A DNA stretch of 63,971 nucleotides, the filler included, from Reticulomyxa filosa (lineage: Eukaryota; Protista; Foraminifera), in NCBI GenBank assembly GCA_000512085.1. It is 15 parts of 15 records of this genome, joined end to end, with 100 filler letters (N's around TTAATTAATTAA, not from the genome) between each part and the next. Parts side by side here need not be neighbours in the genome. Positions count along the whole stretch, not along the records: positions 39,577 to 42,497 come from ASPP01024071.1; positions 42,598 to 43,884 come from ASPP01005355.1; positions 43,985 to 45,065 come from ASPP01036306.1; positions 45,166 to 53,685 come from ASPP01013510.1; 11 more parts are not named here. One strand, given 5' to 3'. A model generated the notes under the pieces. The model saw nothing but the letters and a program-made list of their open reading frames with translations, was not told where the DNA came from and did no database searches. This document shows positions 39,577 through 50,999 of the stretch, piece after piece; position 1 is the stretch's first letter; every line of letters starts with the position of its first letter. The position numbers were made by a program, and so were the translations under genes.

Positions 39577-40887
39577 AAAAAAAAAAAAAAAGGGGAACAA
39601 CACAAAAAAAAAAAAAAAAAAAATGAACCATGAGAGACTGATTTTCCAAATATTGGATAGTTTTTTTGAGGTGTCGATCGTTTTGAATGGCGGCATTAAA
39701 CTCGCGTTGGATGGACTCGCATTGCGTTTGTAGCTGCGTTTTGTCCGCCTGCAGCGCCGCAATTTGCGTGTTGCAAGTGTCAAGACGCTCTTGCGCTTGT
39801 CGCAGTTGAGCGGACACGTTTTCACATTCGTGTTGCCAGTGAGAAATGGATTGTTGCATTTCCTCCCTCTCCACATTTATCAACTGTAGTTTGTCTTTGT
39901 GCGTTCACATATACATACACATATATGTATATGTATGTGTGTATGATGACGTATTAAAATGTCACAGAACATCATTTTCAAAAAAAAAAAAGGGGGATAC
40001 ACATACAAAAAAAAAAAAAGGTAGAAATTGTCAATATGTACTCCCCCCCCCTCCCTCCTCCTCCCTCTTCTCTCTCTCTCTCTTCCAACTCAAATATATC
40101 CAATGTACCTTGATGGTTTTGAACGAGTGTATTGACCTGCTGTCGCAAGTCTTGATTTTCGAGCATGATCACCTCACACTTATGACTCCATTCTCAATCT
40201 CTTGTTCCAGCTGGCGTAACTTGGGCTCCATTTCTTTGTTGCACTTGGCTTCTAATGTCTGATTTTCCTTCGCAATTTGCTCAGTTGGCCCTACTTTTTT
40301 TTTTTTGTTGTTGTTGTTGTTGGATTGTTTGTTTGTTTGTTTGTTTGTTTGTTTGTTTGTTTGTAAGACAGTGCTGGCACTGAAGAGTGCAATTATTTGG
40401 GTTACACACTGGCCTCAGTGTTTACTGTGGCAAAAAACGCAATCCCTCTTTGCAAAACTAGTAATTTCGCTTGAATCGTGTTGTTCGTTTTTGATTGGTT
40501 GTCGTATTCTTTACGTAACTCACCCAATTCCATTCGCAGACTTTTCTCGCTTTCCATCTTGCTTTCGCTCAATTGCTCAAATATCTTTATTTTTGACTGA
40601 TCAAACAATAAACCACACAAACATTTTACTTTTTTTTTTTTTTTTCTCCCTACGAACGTACTCTTCTTCCAGGTGTGTGTATATCCAGTGAATAACAACA
40701 AAACTGCAAACCTTCAGAAGCTCAATTTCTTTTTGTTGCTCTTCATTCTCCTGTTTTTCAGCTGATTCTCTTTCGTCAATACCACCAGTTGTCCTCGCAC
40801 TTGCTCCAACAGTATCCGCAATGAGTGCTGCAGATCATCCCTTGGCACATCTTGCAGCTTCCTATTTCCTGATTGATCTGAGGCCAT
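39577..40887 (-). CDS. Coiled-coil protein, multi-exon, partial
   Basis: ATG at 40887 (MASDQSGNRKLQDVPRDDLQHSLRILLEQ), then heptad-rich exons 40402-40590, ~40090-40290 and 39630-39883. Confidence 0.6.
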
Positions 40888-41450
40888 TTTTGTTTTCTCT
40901 TATTCTCTGACTGTGATAAACTTGCGTTTTATACTAAGAGTTTGATCAAACAAATATTTTGATCAGAAACTTTTTTCCTATTGGCTTGGTACCTTGTGTT
41001 TTTTAAAAAAAACAAATATTTTGCTCTGTTTGCGTTTTTAATTCGTCTGATTTGCGAATTTAAAAAATATTCTCCAATGGTGGAGGAATAATAATTAAAA
41101 AACAGCACATTTGTAAATGTCAAAGTCTTTAACGTAAACTATAACGAACAAATGAAACGAAGCACAGTGGAATAAGACCAGAGCAACATATACTAGAGGC
41201 CAATACTAGCAAAGAGATATGGATTAGTAAATTGTGTTACGGAATTTTTTGGGATTAGATCAATCTGTAGTCCTTTCTCAAGCGAGAAGGTCGATAGCGT
41301 TAAGCCTAGTAAAAAAAAAACTAAAAAAAGAACAACAAACAAACAAGAACGCCCCCCCCCCCCATTAAAGCCCAATAAAAAGAAAAACAAACAAATTGAA
41401 ACATTTGCTAGTAAAGGTGAATCAAACAATTGATAAAAGAAGTATGATTA

Positions 41451-42350
41451 TCAAGGAGAAAAAATGGCTTCTCCAATGGCATCAAAAATGGTGTCTTGGC
41501 CAAAGATGATGCCGCTATTGTCATAAAAGAAGCATGCCAAAAAACTTTCAGGAACAGCATCGACAGGTTGTTGATTTCGTGTATGGCGCATTTCAATTGC
41601 GAACATGGAACGTAAGTGATCTAGAGTATTACACATATGATCAGAGAGATGGTCAAAATAATAACAAGCAAAGGAACATATATAAATATAAAGTATAATC
41701 AGTTTGTAAACGAAACATTTATGATTCCACAAACGCACTTTGTCGTCAATCTCCTCACATTTGAAATCTTCACTGTTATATAAAAGCAGACAAACGCGCA
41801 AGCGCGGTCGAAGTTCGCCCACTTGTTGTTCCTTTTCTTTTGCAGAGGCAAGTTTGGAGTGTCTGTCGACGTCCTTTTGATCGCAGTATCCCTCCTCTTC
41901 CTTGTTCTCCTCTTCCTCTTCCTCCTCCTTGTCGTTCAGTTCGTCCATGTCATTATCCGAAGCGTACAAGCGCTGCACCTTGCCTCGAATCTCTTCCTTG
42001 CGCGGACGAGGAAAAGGCGCCACTTCGACGGCAGCTGAGGATAGCCGTCCAAAGTCCTCGTGTGGATATATAGCGGCGATCATATTTGCATTGGCATTGG
42101 CATTGGCATTAGCATTAACATTAACACGGATGACGTTGTTTGGAACGCATTCATGAGCGACATTTGCAATCGCTTGAATGTCCTCCTCGCAATCCATTCC
42201 CTCTTCCATGACACCTATCCCAGGAATGCGGAGGCCGCCGTGTTTTTTCACTGTCGACTTCAGCTGATAGTTGGCACTGAGGTCGGCACCAATGCACAGC
42301 CATTGCTGCAAGGTATTGTCATCGTTAAAATCGATTATCGGAATCACACA
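41451..42350 (-). CDS. Hypothetical protein, 3' part (acidic and NA-repeat tracts)
   Basis: 298-aa ORF with coding-like composition and a probable read-through intron at ~41625-41735. Confidence 0.5.
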   Translation of the reverse strand, partial: CVIPIIDFNDDNTLQQWLCIGADLSANYQLKSTVKKHGGLRIPGIGVMEEGMDCEEDIQAIANVAHECVPNNVIRVNVNANANANANANMIAAIYPHEDFGRLSSAAVEVAPFPRPRKEEIRGKVQRLYASDNDMDELNDKEEEEEEENKEEEGYCDQKDVDRHSKLASAKEKEQQVGELRPRLRVCLLLYNSEDFKCEEIDDKVRLWNHKCFVYKLIILYIYICSFACYYFDHLSDHMCNTLDHLRSMFAIEMRHTRNQQPVDAVPESFLACFFYDNSGIIFGQDTIFDAIGEAIFSP

Positions 42351-42629
42351 TCCTATTTATTGTTTTGGCAGTCATTCATACTTACTATTGAATATTGATT
42401 ATATATATATATATACATATATATATATAATCATCAATTGCGATACGTATACACACATATTTATATACATAAATATATAAATATATATATATATATANNN
42501 NNNNNNNNNNNNNNNNNNNNNNNNNNNNNNNNNNNNNNNNNTTAATTAATTAANNNNNNNNNNNNNNNNNNNNNNNNNNNNNNNNNNNNNNNNNNNNTAT
42601 ATAAATGTATATGTATATACATATACATT

Positions 42630-42667
<38 letters not shown>

Positions 42668-42699
42668 GATTTGTATGGGTTTTTTTTTTTCTTCAACTT

Positions 42700-43507
42700 G
42701 AGTCATCCAACCCATTAGCAAGGTGGGGGCGTGCTCTGGCTCAAAATACTCATCCAAGCGCGGATCTTTCCCCAGTCCGTTGGACAGGTCCTCCATTGCC
42801 TTTGCGCGGAAATCCCAGTCCGCTTCGCGGGATGCCAGCTTCCCACAGAGCACTCCTGGCTGCATATTCGCAATGTTCACTTTGTTTATCATAAACTCAT
42901 CCACGCTGAACGGCATTCCCAACTTTAATCACATTTTAACAACAAACAAAATCTCTTTTTGCTATTTGGAAAAACTTTTTTTTGTCCCCCTCCCCTCTTC
43001 TTTACGTCCGAAAAAAATAAGGTGATGTTTGTGCAAGTTTAAATATTTGATTTAATTGAATTGGGTTTGGCTTGGTTAGATTATATTATATTATATTATA
43101 TTATATTATATTATATTATATTATATTATATTAAATTGTAACTGAAGCGGCCAATAAAACTCGTTTCATCATCATTTTGGCTTCCAAGGGGTTGCTCAAA
43201 TCGCCAATGGTGATATTGCCAATGCTCGTGTTGAAATCGCTCTTGATTTTATCCAATTCGCGCAACAAATCATTCAGTTTGTTTTGGTCAAACGAGTCCC
43301 CACCAAAGCAGGCATTCATTAATTTTTCCGCAATCAATGGATTCATCGTCACACCACGTTCTTTCATATTCTCCACTAGCTTGTCTTATTTATCACCATA
43401 TGGCACGTGTATACGTTGGATTCCATATGCATTTATGTATACATATGTGTGTAATGATACAATATATACATATTTTAGATAGAATTTTATTATTATTATT
43501 TTTTTTG

Positions 43508-43542
<35 letters not shown>

Positions 43543-43822
43543 TACCTTTGTCAATGACTTTATTTTCTCCAAAATTGGACACTGCCTGCCAAACAGATGT
43601 TTTGGAATCGCTAAGGTCTCGGTCGAGCAGTGAGCGACGTCTTCTACGGTCTTCATTACTATTGTTGCCACTGTCCGAACCCGACTTCCCATTCTTCGGG
43701 TCGCCCTTCTTGTTCGCTCGCGTATTTTCCTGCTCAATGCGCGTCTTCGCAGATGAAAAGTTCAAATTTCTGTGGTCCCCTTGTGGTTGCTGGGACACAT
43801 GCAATGCGCCCACTTGCTTCAT
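42700..43822 (-). CDS. Multi-exon protein with possible CLASP/TOG-like HEAT domain start; partial
   Basis: Exons ~43543-43822, ~43160-43376 and ~42700-42922. KLASREADWDFRAKAMEDL...LLMGWMTQ resembles the first TOG/CLASP-N repeat (DW..R..A...L). Confidence 0.45.
43079..43131. repeat. (ATTAT)n microsatellite in intron
   Basis: About 10 perfect pentamer copies. Confidence 0.9.
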
Positions 43823-43841
43823 TTTCCACCATATCTCCGCT

Positions 43842-43874
<33 letters not shown>

Positions 43875-43984
43875 TTTTTTTTCTNNNNNNNNNNNNNNNN
43901 NNNNNNNNNNNNNNNNNNNNNNNNNNNNTTAATTAATTAANNNNNNNNNNNNNNNNNNNNNNNNNNNNNNNNNNNNNNNNNNNN

Positions 43985-44665
43985 CCACACCATATAAATA
44001 TTAATGAATCATAATTCTTTTCACTATTATTTGTTTTAATTAAGTTATAATAATGATAAGTTAAAAAAATATTTAAGTCATTTAATGTTAATGATTCGGT
44101 TTCATGTTTATTTGGATCATATGTACAATACACTTCATATCCATACACATCTTCAAATAAATTTCGAAACTTCATTAAATCTACTTTCACTCCAGGCAAA
44201 TACTTTAAATTTTTATATTTTGCAGCACCAGTTAACAGTACTAATGGATTTAAAATACTGTGATGCTCATCATCGCCTTCTTCTTCCTCTTCTTCTTTTT
44301 TTTCATCTTCTGGATATTTCCTTTCGTCGTTGTTATTGTCTATTGTATCGATTAATTGTTATTTTTAAAATTAACAAGTAATAAATAACTAAATAGAAAA
44401 GAAAAACAGACATACCAATGAGATGAACAAAAAAGAAAATATCTTTCGCTTTAAATGCAGTCTTTAATTGTTCATCATTGGTAATTTCTTGACTACTATT
44501 GTCAATAATTTTAAAATGTGGTGTAGAGTTCACTGTTTTATCATTGCCATTTTTGGTGTTGTTAATGATCTCCACCACTTTTTCTTCCAAGCTTTTTAAT
44601 TTCAAAGAGGCAAGTAGTACTTCATGCATCTTTCCTTCAAAGTAAGCAAAAGCCTTGTAAGACAT
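43985..44665 (-). CDS. PB1-like domain + acidic linker + caspase-like (peptidase C14 / clan CD) domain, truncated by contig end just before the expected catalytic His
   Basis: After splicing intron 44415..44340 the frame reads DNNNDERKYPEDEKKEEEEEEGDDEHHSILNPLVLLTGAAKYKNLKYLPGVKVDLMKFRNLFEDVYGYEV...YDSLIFIWCG|, matching the metacaspase/caspase pattern ALL.G...Y....L.G...D......LF....GY.V...D.L.F...GHG. Confidence 0.75.
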
Positions 44666-45267
44666 TTTTTTGTTTTAGTTCGCAGTTATTAATTATGATG
44701 AAAAAAAACTTGAAAAGTTCTGTGCGTGCTCCAGTTTTTTTAAACTCACTTTAGCGTTTTTATTTTTAGTATATATAACAATTAATTTGCATTTATAACA
44801 CTATTCTTTTTATTTTATGGAAAATGAAAAACTACTCCAACTTTGCACCTAGTTTTTTCTTTTTTGGAGTAGAATTTTTGGTTTTTGGAGGGGAAAAGTA
44901 GGTTTGGTAACTACAGCTTTGGGATTGCTTGAATTCATTTAATACAATATTTCTGTTTCATTTTCATAAACTATTAATTTAATGTAATTTGTCATTTTCC
45001 ATTTTTAACTCAAAAGTACTAATCGAATATAGCATATATGGACAAATTTTCTCTTTTTTTTTTTTNNNNNNNNNNNNNNNNNNNNNNNNNNNNNNNNNNN
45101 NNNNNNNNNTTAATTAATTAANNNNNNNNNNNNNNNNNNNNNNNNNNNNNNNNNNNNNNNNNNNNACTTTATTCTACGCATGGACGGATTTGCGAAAATG
45201 AGAGCGATGCGTCATATCTCTTAGTGTGTTTCCAATTATGTATTTTTCATACAAGAATGAAACAGAC

Positions 45268-45780
45268 ATATTCTTTTGCATTACTTTTTGCATTGTGTAC
45301 TGCTTGTATTTTCTTTGGCATTGATTTTGTTAAGTTTGTGCATATTTCTTTGTCATTTTAATTTAAATTGTTTCCAGATTTTTTCTTTTGATCTGAATGG
45401 TCCATTTTTGAATAGTTTCGTTTTCACTATCCATCACATATTTTCGATTTGGTTCAGGTTTGTAGATTTGGAGTGAAATTCAATACTTTGATAGCGTTTG
45501 TTCAAATTATTTTTTGCTATAATTTCTGTGTGGCTAGTGACATTTTCTTGCTGAAATATTTAATTTTCATTATCTCCTAAACCCCAATTAATGCTTTTGA
45601 GCATTTCATCAACTAAAATTTTTTGTAAATATATGAATTTACATATCAATTGATGTTATATGCATAAACAGGTCTTAACACTCCAAAGCAAGACCACACA
45701 ATTATGCTTCCACTATCAATTTGATATTTTTATGATGAACGTCAGCTTCGTTTTACACAAACATTTATGACTTACACAAA
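45268..45780 (-). mobile_element. Tc1/mariner (DD34E-type) transposase relic
   Basis: Reverse strand reads SGSIIVWSCFG, VNSYIY..ILVDEML, IFQQENVTSHT, FHSKSTNLNQIENM*WIVKTKL, NLTKSMPKKIQAVHNAKSNAKEY. These are decayed forms of GGSVMVWGCF, FQQDNAPxH, WPxxSPDLNPIENLW and SMPxRxxAVIxAKGGxTKY. Confidence 0.85.
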
Positions 45781-47258
45781 ATTGTTTTACAACTTTGCGC
45801 AAACTCCAGCACTGACTCAACAGCTCAACAGCAAGTCTTTTGTTAAAATTCTCAGTCCTTTAGTAATTTTCAAAAAAATAATTAAAAAACTCAATATTGA
45901 ACTACATTTAGCTTAAAAAAAAAGATAAAAATAAAGTATACAATATTGAAACAATTAGCAAAGATTTAATAAAAAACTAAATTCAAAATGATATTTAAAA
46001 AGTACACGATTTGTAGATTTTTTTTTTAAATAAAAAAAATTAGGTCTGAATGTTGTTTTTTCATGTAGAAAATCAATCATGCCATTTTAGGTGAACTTTA
46101 CTTTGCATTCTACTGTATTTGTGTACTAAGTGATAAATTAAATGTTTACTTTGTCTTGTATATTTCTATTGATATGCTAAATATGATTTTGAATTTCCTT
46201 TGGAATTTTCGAATATGACATATTTGTTTTTTTGTGTATTTCCGATTATATTGTTCACGTGCTGGCCCAATGTTTGCATTTTAAAAGTGTTTCGTAACGT
46301 GAACATATATTTGTGCCATTTTGCCTTCTTCTTTTTATTATAAACACAAAACAGATAATATATCAAATCAAACTCCTTTAAGCAAATATTTTCTTCAAAA
46401 ACTCACAATGAATTTGATAAAAAAAAACTGTTTCGTTGACACAGCATTGCTGTATGTGGTCTCATGTTTGCATATAATAGTATTATATTTGATCAGTTTG
46501 AAAACTGAAAGGTGTTCCCCTTAATTAAAGCGGTTGATAAGAAACATTGTTGCACGTAACAACGGCAATAACAATCAGCTAAATTTCAAATCGGATTACA
46601 TAAGCCACAGTGATAAAACTTTCTATAAAAATATCTTATCTTCAAGTATTGATTTCAGCACAACTATAGAACCGATTAAGATGGACTGGATGTTGAATTA
46701 GATCATTTATAAATTGCATGTAATATTGCAGCCAAATTACCGCTCTTAAATATTAAGCGACAATATATAACACTAAACTTACGTAGTAGTATATAACAAA
46801 AAATAGGAAAAAAATTTACAATATGGAAAACAATGATATGTATATCAGACCAAAATGAAAATATGCTAGACCACGCAGTAAATAATTATACAAAAGTGTA
46901 ATTCAATTGGAAAAAATAAAATATGAATGAAAATGATATTCTAGTGAAATAAATCATTTTGTAGTAATGCTATACGGACAAAGGATCAATATCTTAAAAA
47001 GGAATTTATTAAATCAAATATTACTTAAATTGCAAAAAGTATAAGTATAGGTCCAAAGCAATCATCATAAACAACTTAACTCAATAAACGATGCAGCTAT
47101 TGTTTCTTACTTGTAAAAACAAAACAAAATATTAGTCATATTGCGATGCAAAAAAAAAATGTATATGTACAAAAAATTGTCTTTGTTTGTAACAAAAAAA
47201 AAAAAAAGGGAAAAGTAGTAGGGGGGAAAATTTGCTGAAGAGCAGATCAATACAAAAG

Positions 47259-48944
47259 ATGTCGGCAGAATCAACATCAACTCAAGAATCAGCGGATGGC
47301 CAAACAAAGAAATTGGGTATCGAGAGCCGTTATATATTCAAGAATACGTTGGGGAAGGGTGCGTCATGTCGAGTGATGTCCGCAGTGTTGAAAACAGACA
47401 AAGCGCAAAAACTGGCGATAAAAATAATGTCGAAAGAGAGGAAGCTGTCGACAAAGTTGTACGAGCTAGAGCGCGATCTGTTGTTAGCATTGAGCGAGAA
47501 CGGGAAGAAAGAGCACAAGAACGTGGTGAAATTTCTGGGGAACGAAGAGGACGAGTATAACTACTACATAATGACAGGACTATTGGAAGGAGGCGAGTTA
47601 TTCGACCGAATAGTGAGCAAAGAGGAGAAATACATAATTACGGAAAAGAAAGCAGCGCAGTTGGTGCGAAGCATGTGCGAAGCGATCCAACATTGTCACG
47701 AGCATAACGTGGTGCACCGAGATTTGAAGCCTGAGAATTTCGTGTTTGCATCAGTAGAGCCGGACTCGAACCTAGTATTGATCGACTTTGGATGCGGTAC
47801 GTTGTTGGACACGAAAGATGTGAAAAAAGAATACGAAAACCTGGTGGGCACAGCGTATTACCTGGCACCGGAACTGGCGTGTTTGGCATTGAGCAAGTCG
47901 AGCGAAGGCGAAATTGCGAAGAAGTACGCACCTTTAGTAAAGCCGAGAACGGGAGATGTGCTAAAAGCCAGCGATGTGTGGAGCATTGGAGTGATTGCAT
48001 ACGTGATGCTGACAGGGACGGCCCCGTTCCGTGGTCGCACGAATCCGCAAATCTTTGAATCGATCGTGAACCAAAAAGTGACGTACCCCGAACAAGACGT
48101 TCGGTATAAGACCCCTTTGAAGTTGAACCCGGCGTTCAAAGACTTTATCGAAAAGGTGCTCGTCAAAGACCCAGCCAAGAGACTCACCATTGAGCAGTGC
48201 ATTCGACATCCTTGGGTGCAGGGCATCGAGGCCAGCAATTGGAAGCTCAATAGTGATGCCATCAACTTCCTGCGCCAGCTAAATTACCAGTCCAAGCTGA
48301 AAAAAGAAATCACGCGCGTGCTGGCTGCCAACATGTCTCCGGAGTCGGCTGAACAGGTGCGTCGCCATTTTGTTCGCTTGGACACTGATGGCGATGGCTA
48401 CTTGGACGCTGGTGAACTCACGTTCCTTCTGCTGGATATGGGCTATGCCAAAAGCAGGGCTTTGCCAGAGGCTTTGGAAATCATCAAACAGGCCGATCTC
48501 AATAACGACAATGTCATCGACTTTGAAGAGTTCAAGGCCATTTGGTACCGCAAAATCCTCAGCACCAACGACCAGTATATCAATCGCGTCTTCAACGTCT
48601 TTGATGCCAACGGTGATGGCCAAATCGACGTCAATGAACTTAAGAGTGTTCTCATGCCTGATGACGATGACGACGATGACACCATGCCCAAGAAACAGCA
48701 GCAGACCAAAGAGGATGAAAAGGCTCAAGAGGACAACGACAACAAAAACTCCTCTGGAGGAGATAATGATGATCATCTCTCCAATCAACTCAAAAATCTT
48801 ATGCTCATGATTGAAGAAGTCGATGTTGATGGTGACCATTTAATCTCACTTGACGAATTCCGAAAAACGATGAAAGAAGATATGGAGAAAACTGGATTTT
48901 CCTTTGGTAATTTTAATGTCGGTGGGTCTGTTCGAGACAGTTGA
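47259..48944 (+). CDS. Calcium-dependent protein kinase (CDPK): kinase domain + four EF-hands, intronless
   Basis: LGKGASCRV, LAIK, GGELFDRI, HRDLKPEN, DFG, GTAYYLAPE, DVWSIGVI; EF-hands DTDGDGYLDAGE, DLNNDNVIDFEE, DANGDGQIDVNE, DVDGDHLISLDE. First ATG at 47259. Confidence 0.95.
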   Translation: MSAESTSTQESADGQTKKLGIESRYIFKNTLGKGASCRVMSAVLKTDKAQKLAIKIMSKERKLSTKLYELERDLLLALSENGKKEHKNVVKFLGNEEDEYNYYIMTGLLEGGELFDRIVSKEEKYIITEKKAAQLVRSMCEAIQHCHEHNVVHRDLKPENFVFASVEPDSNLVLIDFGCGTLLDTKDVKKEYENLVGTAYYLAPELACLALSKSSEGEIAKKYAPLVKPRTGDVLKASDVWSIGVIAYVMLTGTAPFRGRTNPQIFESIVNQKVTYPEQDVRYKTPLKLNPAFKDFIEKVLVKDPAKRLTIEQCIRHPWVQGIEASNWKLNSDAINFLRQLNYQSKLKKEITRVLAANMSPESAEQVRRHFVRLDTDGDGYLDAGELTFLLLDMGYAKSRALPEALEIIKQADLNNDNVIDFEEFKAIWYRKILSTNDQYINRVFNVFDANGDGQIDVNELKSVLMPDDDDDDDTMPKKQQQTKEDEKAQEDNDNKNSSGGDNDDHLSNQLKNLMLMIEEVDVDGDHLISLDEFRKTMKEDMEKTGFSFGNFNVGGSVRDS

Positions 48945-49569
48945 AAAAGGTCATTTTGTGGAAAAGTTCAATTTTTATGCTTTATTTTTTATCCTTTTTT
49001 TTCCCCTATGCCTTTTTTTTCTTTTGTTTTTGGTGTAAACTATGCCTGTTCGTCTTTCAGCATTTCTTACCCTAATCCCATTTACAATTCCTCTTTTTCA
49101 AGTATGGCTTTTCTGGTTCTTTTTTCCTTCTTGCTCTCCCTTTTGTGACATGTCCAGTGTAAAGACTTTTCTCACTTTTTTTTTTTTTTGCAATCAATGC
49201 ACAATTTTTTTTTTCTTGCGCGCAAAAATTCTTTGTTACTGCTTCTATCAATACTCATCAGCAAAATCCGTCCTTTTTTTGCTCTTTTCGTGCAGATATG
49301 ATTGTTAACCAAAAAAGATAGCATATAATGGACAAGCTCAAACTCTGGTTGAAAAATTTTTGTCATAAACGATAGACAGTAAAAAAAAATTATTCAAAAA
49401 TAATATGCTGTTATTGGTTATAAGACAACAACTTTTTAGGCAAGACTTTATTCACAGTAACAAAAAAGTAAAAATACTCTGAAACAAAAGTGGATGCTTT
49501 TAACTCATTGTAGTACGTAAAAGTGTGCCCCCTTACTCGTTTCAAGTTCTTGGCACTTTGCCAGAGAAA

Positions 49570-50598
49570 ATGCTTCATAAACTTGGCCTCTTGTTTGTTT
49601 GTGTGTTAATGTTGGATTATGCAAATGCAAAAAGCCCTACAAGATTTCCCACGACACAACAACCTACAAAACTCCCTACCTCGTTCCCAACACTCCAGCC
49701 AACACAACCAAGTGTAGAACCGACATACGAGCCAACCAATCTTCCGACAGCATTTCCAACAACTTCTCCCAGTTTACGCGATCTGTAGAACGAAAGTGAT
49801 AAAAAAGTTACACGCATACATATTTGATCGAGAACGCATTGCCGTTGCTTTAATAAAAAAAAAAAAAACAGCTGTCACTTTGGGAAAAAACGAGGAGGTG
49901 ATCATTGACGTATATGTCAATATGACAGGCGATGAAATTGTCGATTTATGTGACAGCAAATTGAGCAAACAGGAGCAGTCGTTGTTGAATGCATTTACAG
50001 ACGCTTCTGGTGTCAATAGTGATGAAATTGATAAAGTAACTGCAAAAAATTTAAATAATTTCTTTTAACTGGAGATAAGTGCAATAAAGTTTGTTTATTT
50101 TTGAAATAGACAACAATTACGGACTGTGAAAATAACAATAACAACGTTATATTGAAGTATGAAATGCGCAGTGACAATAGCATAGCAAAGAATACAATCA
50201 CTCAGAGGATGAAAAGTGGCATCTTTTTATCGGTCTATCAAGAGCAAATTAATTTCATATTCACTTCTGTGATTGTAACAAATGCTAACATTACTAACAT
50301 TCGTGTTAGTCCGAAAGAAAAAGCTACTCAAAATCTATTTGCTAATTTTTTCTCAATCTATTTTGGACTTGGCGTAGCTATTCTTATCGCATCGGTTTTG
50401 TGGTGTCTGTTGTTGCATGCAAGCGATCACGACGATGAGGCACGCTTCAACCAGTTGCAACACGAAAAGAGTCAATTCGAAGCGAAATATGGAACAATTG
50501 CAGAAAACTCTAATGAAATCACCAACAAAATGATTCAAATGGTGGAAAGCAAACAAACTGAAACAGAAGCCGAGGTCCAAAAGTTAATTTCAAGATAA
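49570..50598 (+). CDS. Type I membrane protein with signal peptide, Pro-Thr (PTxx) mucin-like repeats and a single TM helix; multi-exon
   Basis: MLHKLGLLFVCVLMLDYANA signal; SPTRFPTTQQPTKLPTSFPTLQPTQPSVEPTYEPT repeats; TM segment FFSIYFGLGVAILIASVLWCLLL in the last exon. Confidence 0.7.
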
Positions 50599-50999
50599 TA
50601 TTGTGCCGGCTTGATATCAAATTGTAAATACATAAATGATACACATTTTGGCTGTGTGTTGATAATATTTTGATTTTTTAAACTGAACATAGTACTAAAA
50701 ATGCAAAAAAAAAAAAGAATATGCATTGTTTTATTGTCAGTTTAAAAAATATATATCACTTCATAATTATTTTCAACTTAATTGAAAAAGTTGTTTTTTG
50801 AAGGAGATACAAGCGCAAGCGTTTTACTTCAACACAATTAAGATTTTAAGTTTATTTTGAATGATTATTATTTGTGTTATTTCCATTTGGAACATACAGT
50901 AAATTTCAAAAATTTTTTCAATATAAGATAATATTGTGAAACTGTCGTTCTGATACACAAAAATTTAAAGAAGCAAAATGAAAACATGTTAACTTTTAG

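Noticed and set aside
1-44665. NLR-like gene and caspase-like genes as a physical immune gene cluster
   Set aside because: They lie on different contigs separated by artificial linkers, so linkage is unsupported.
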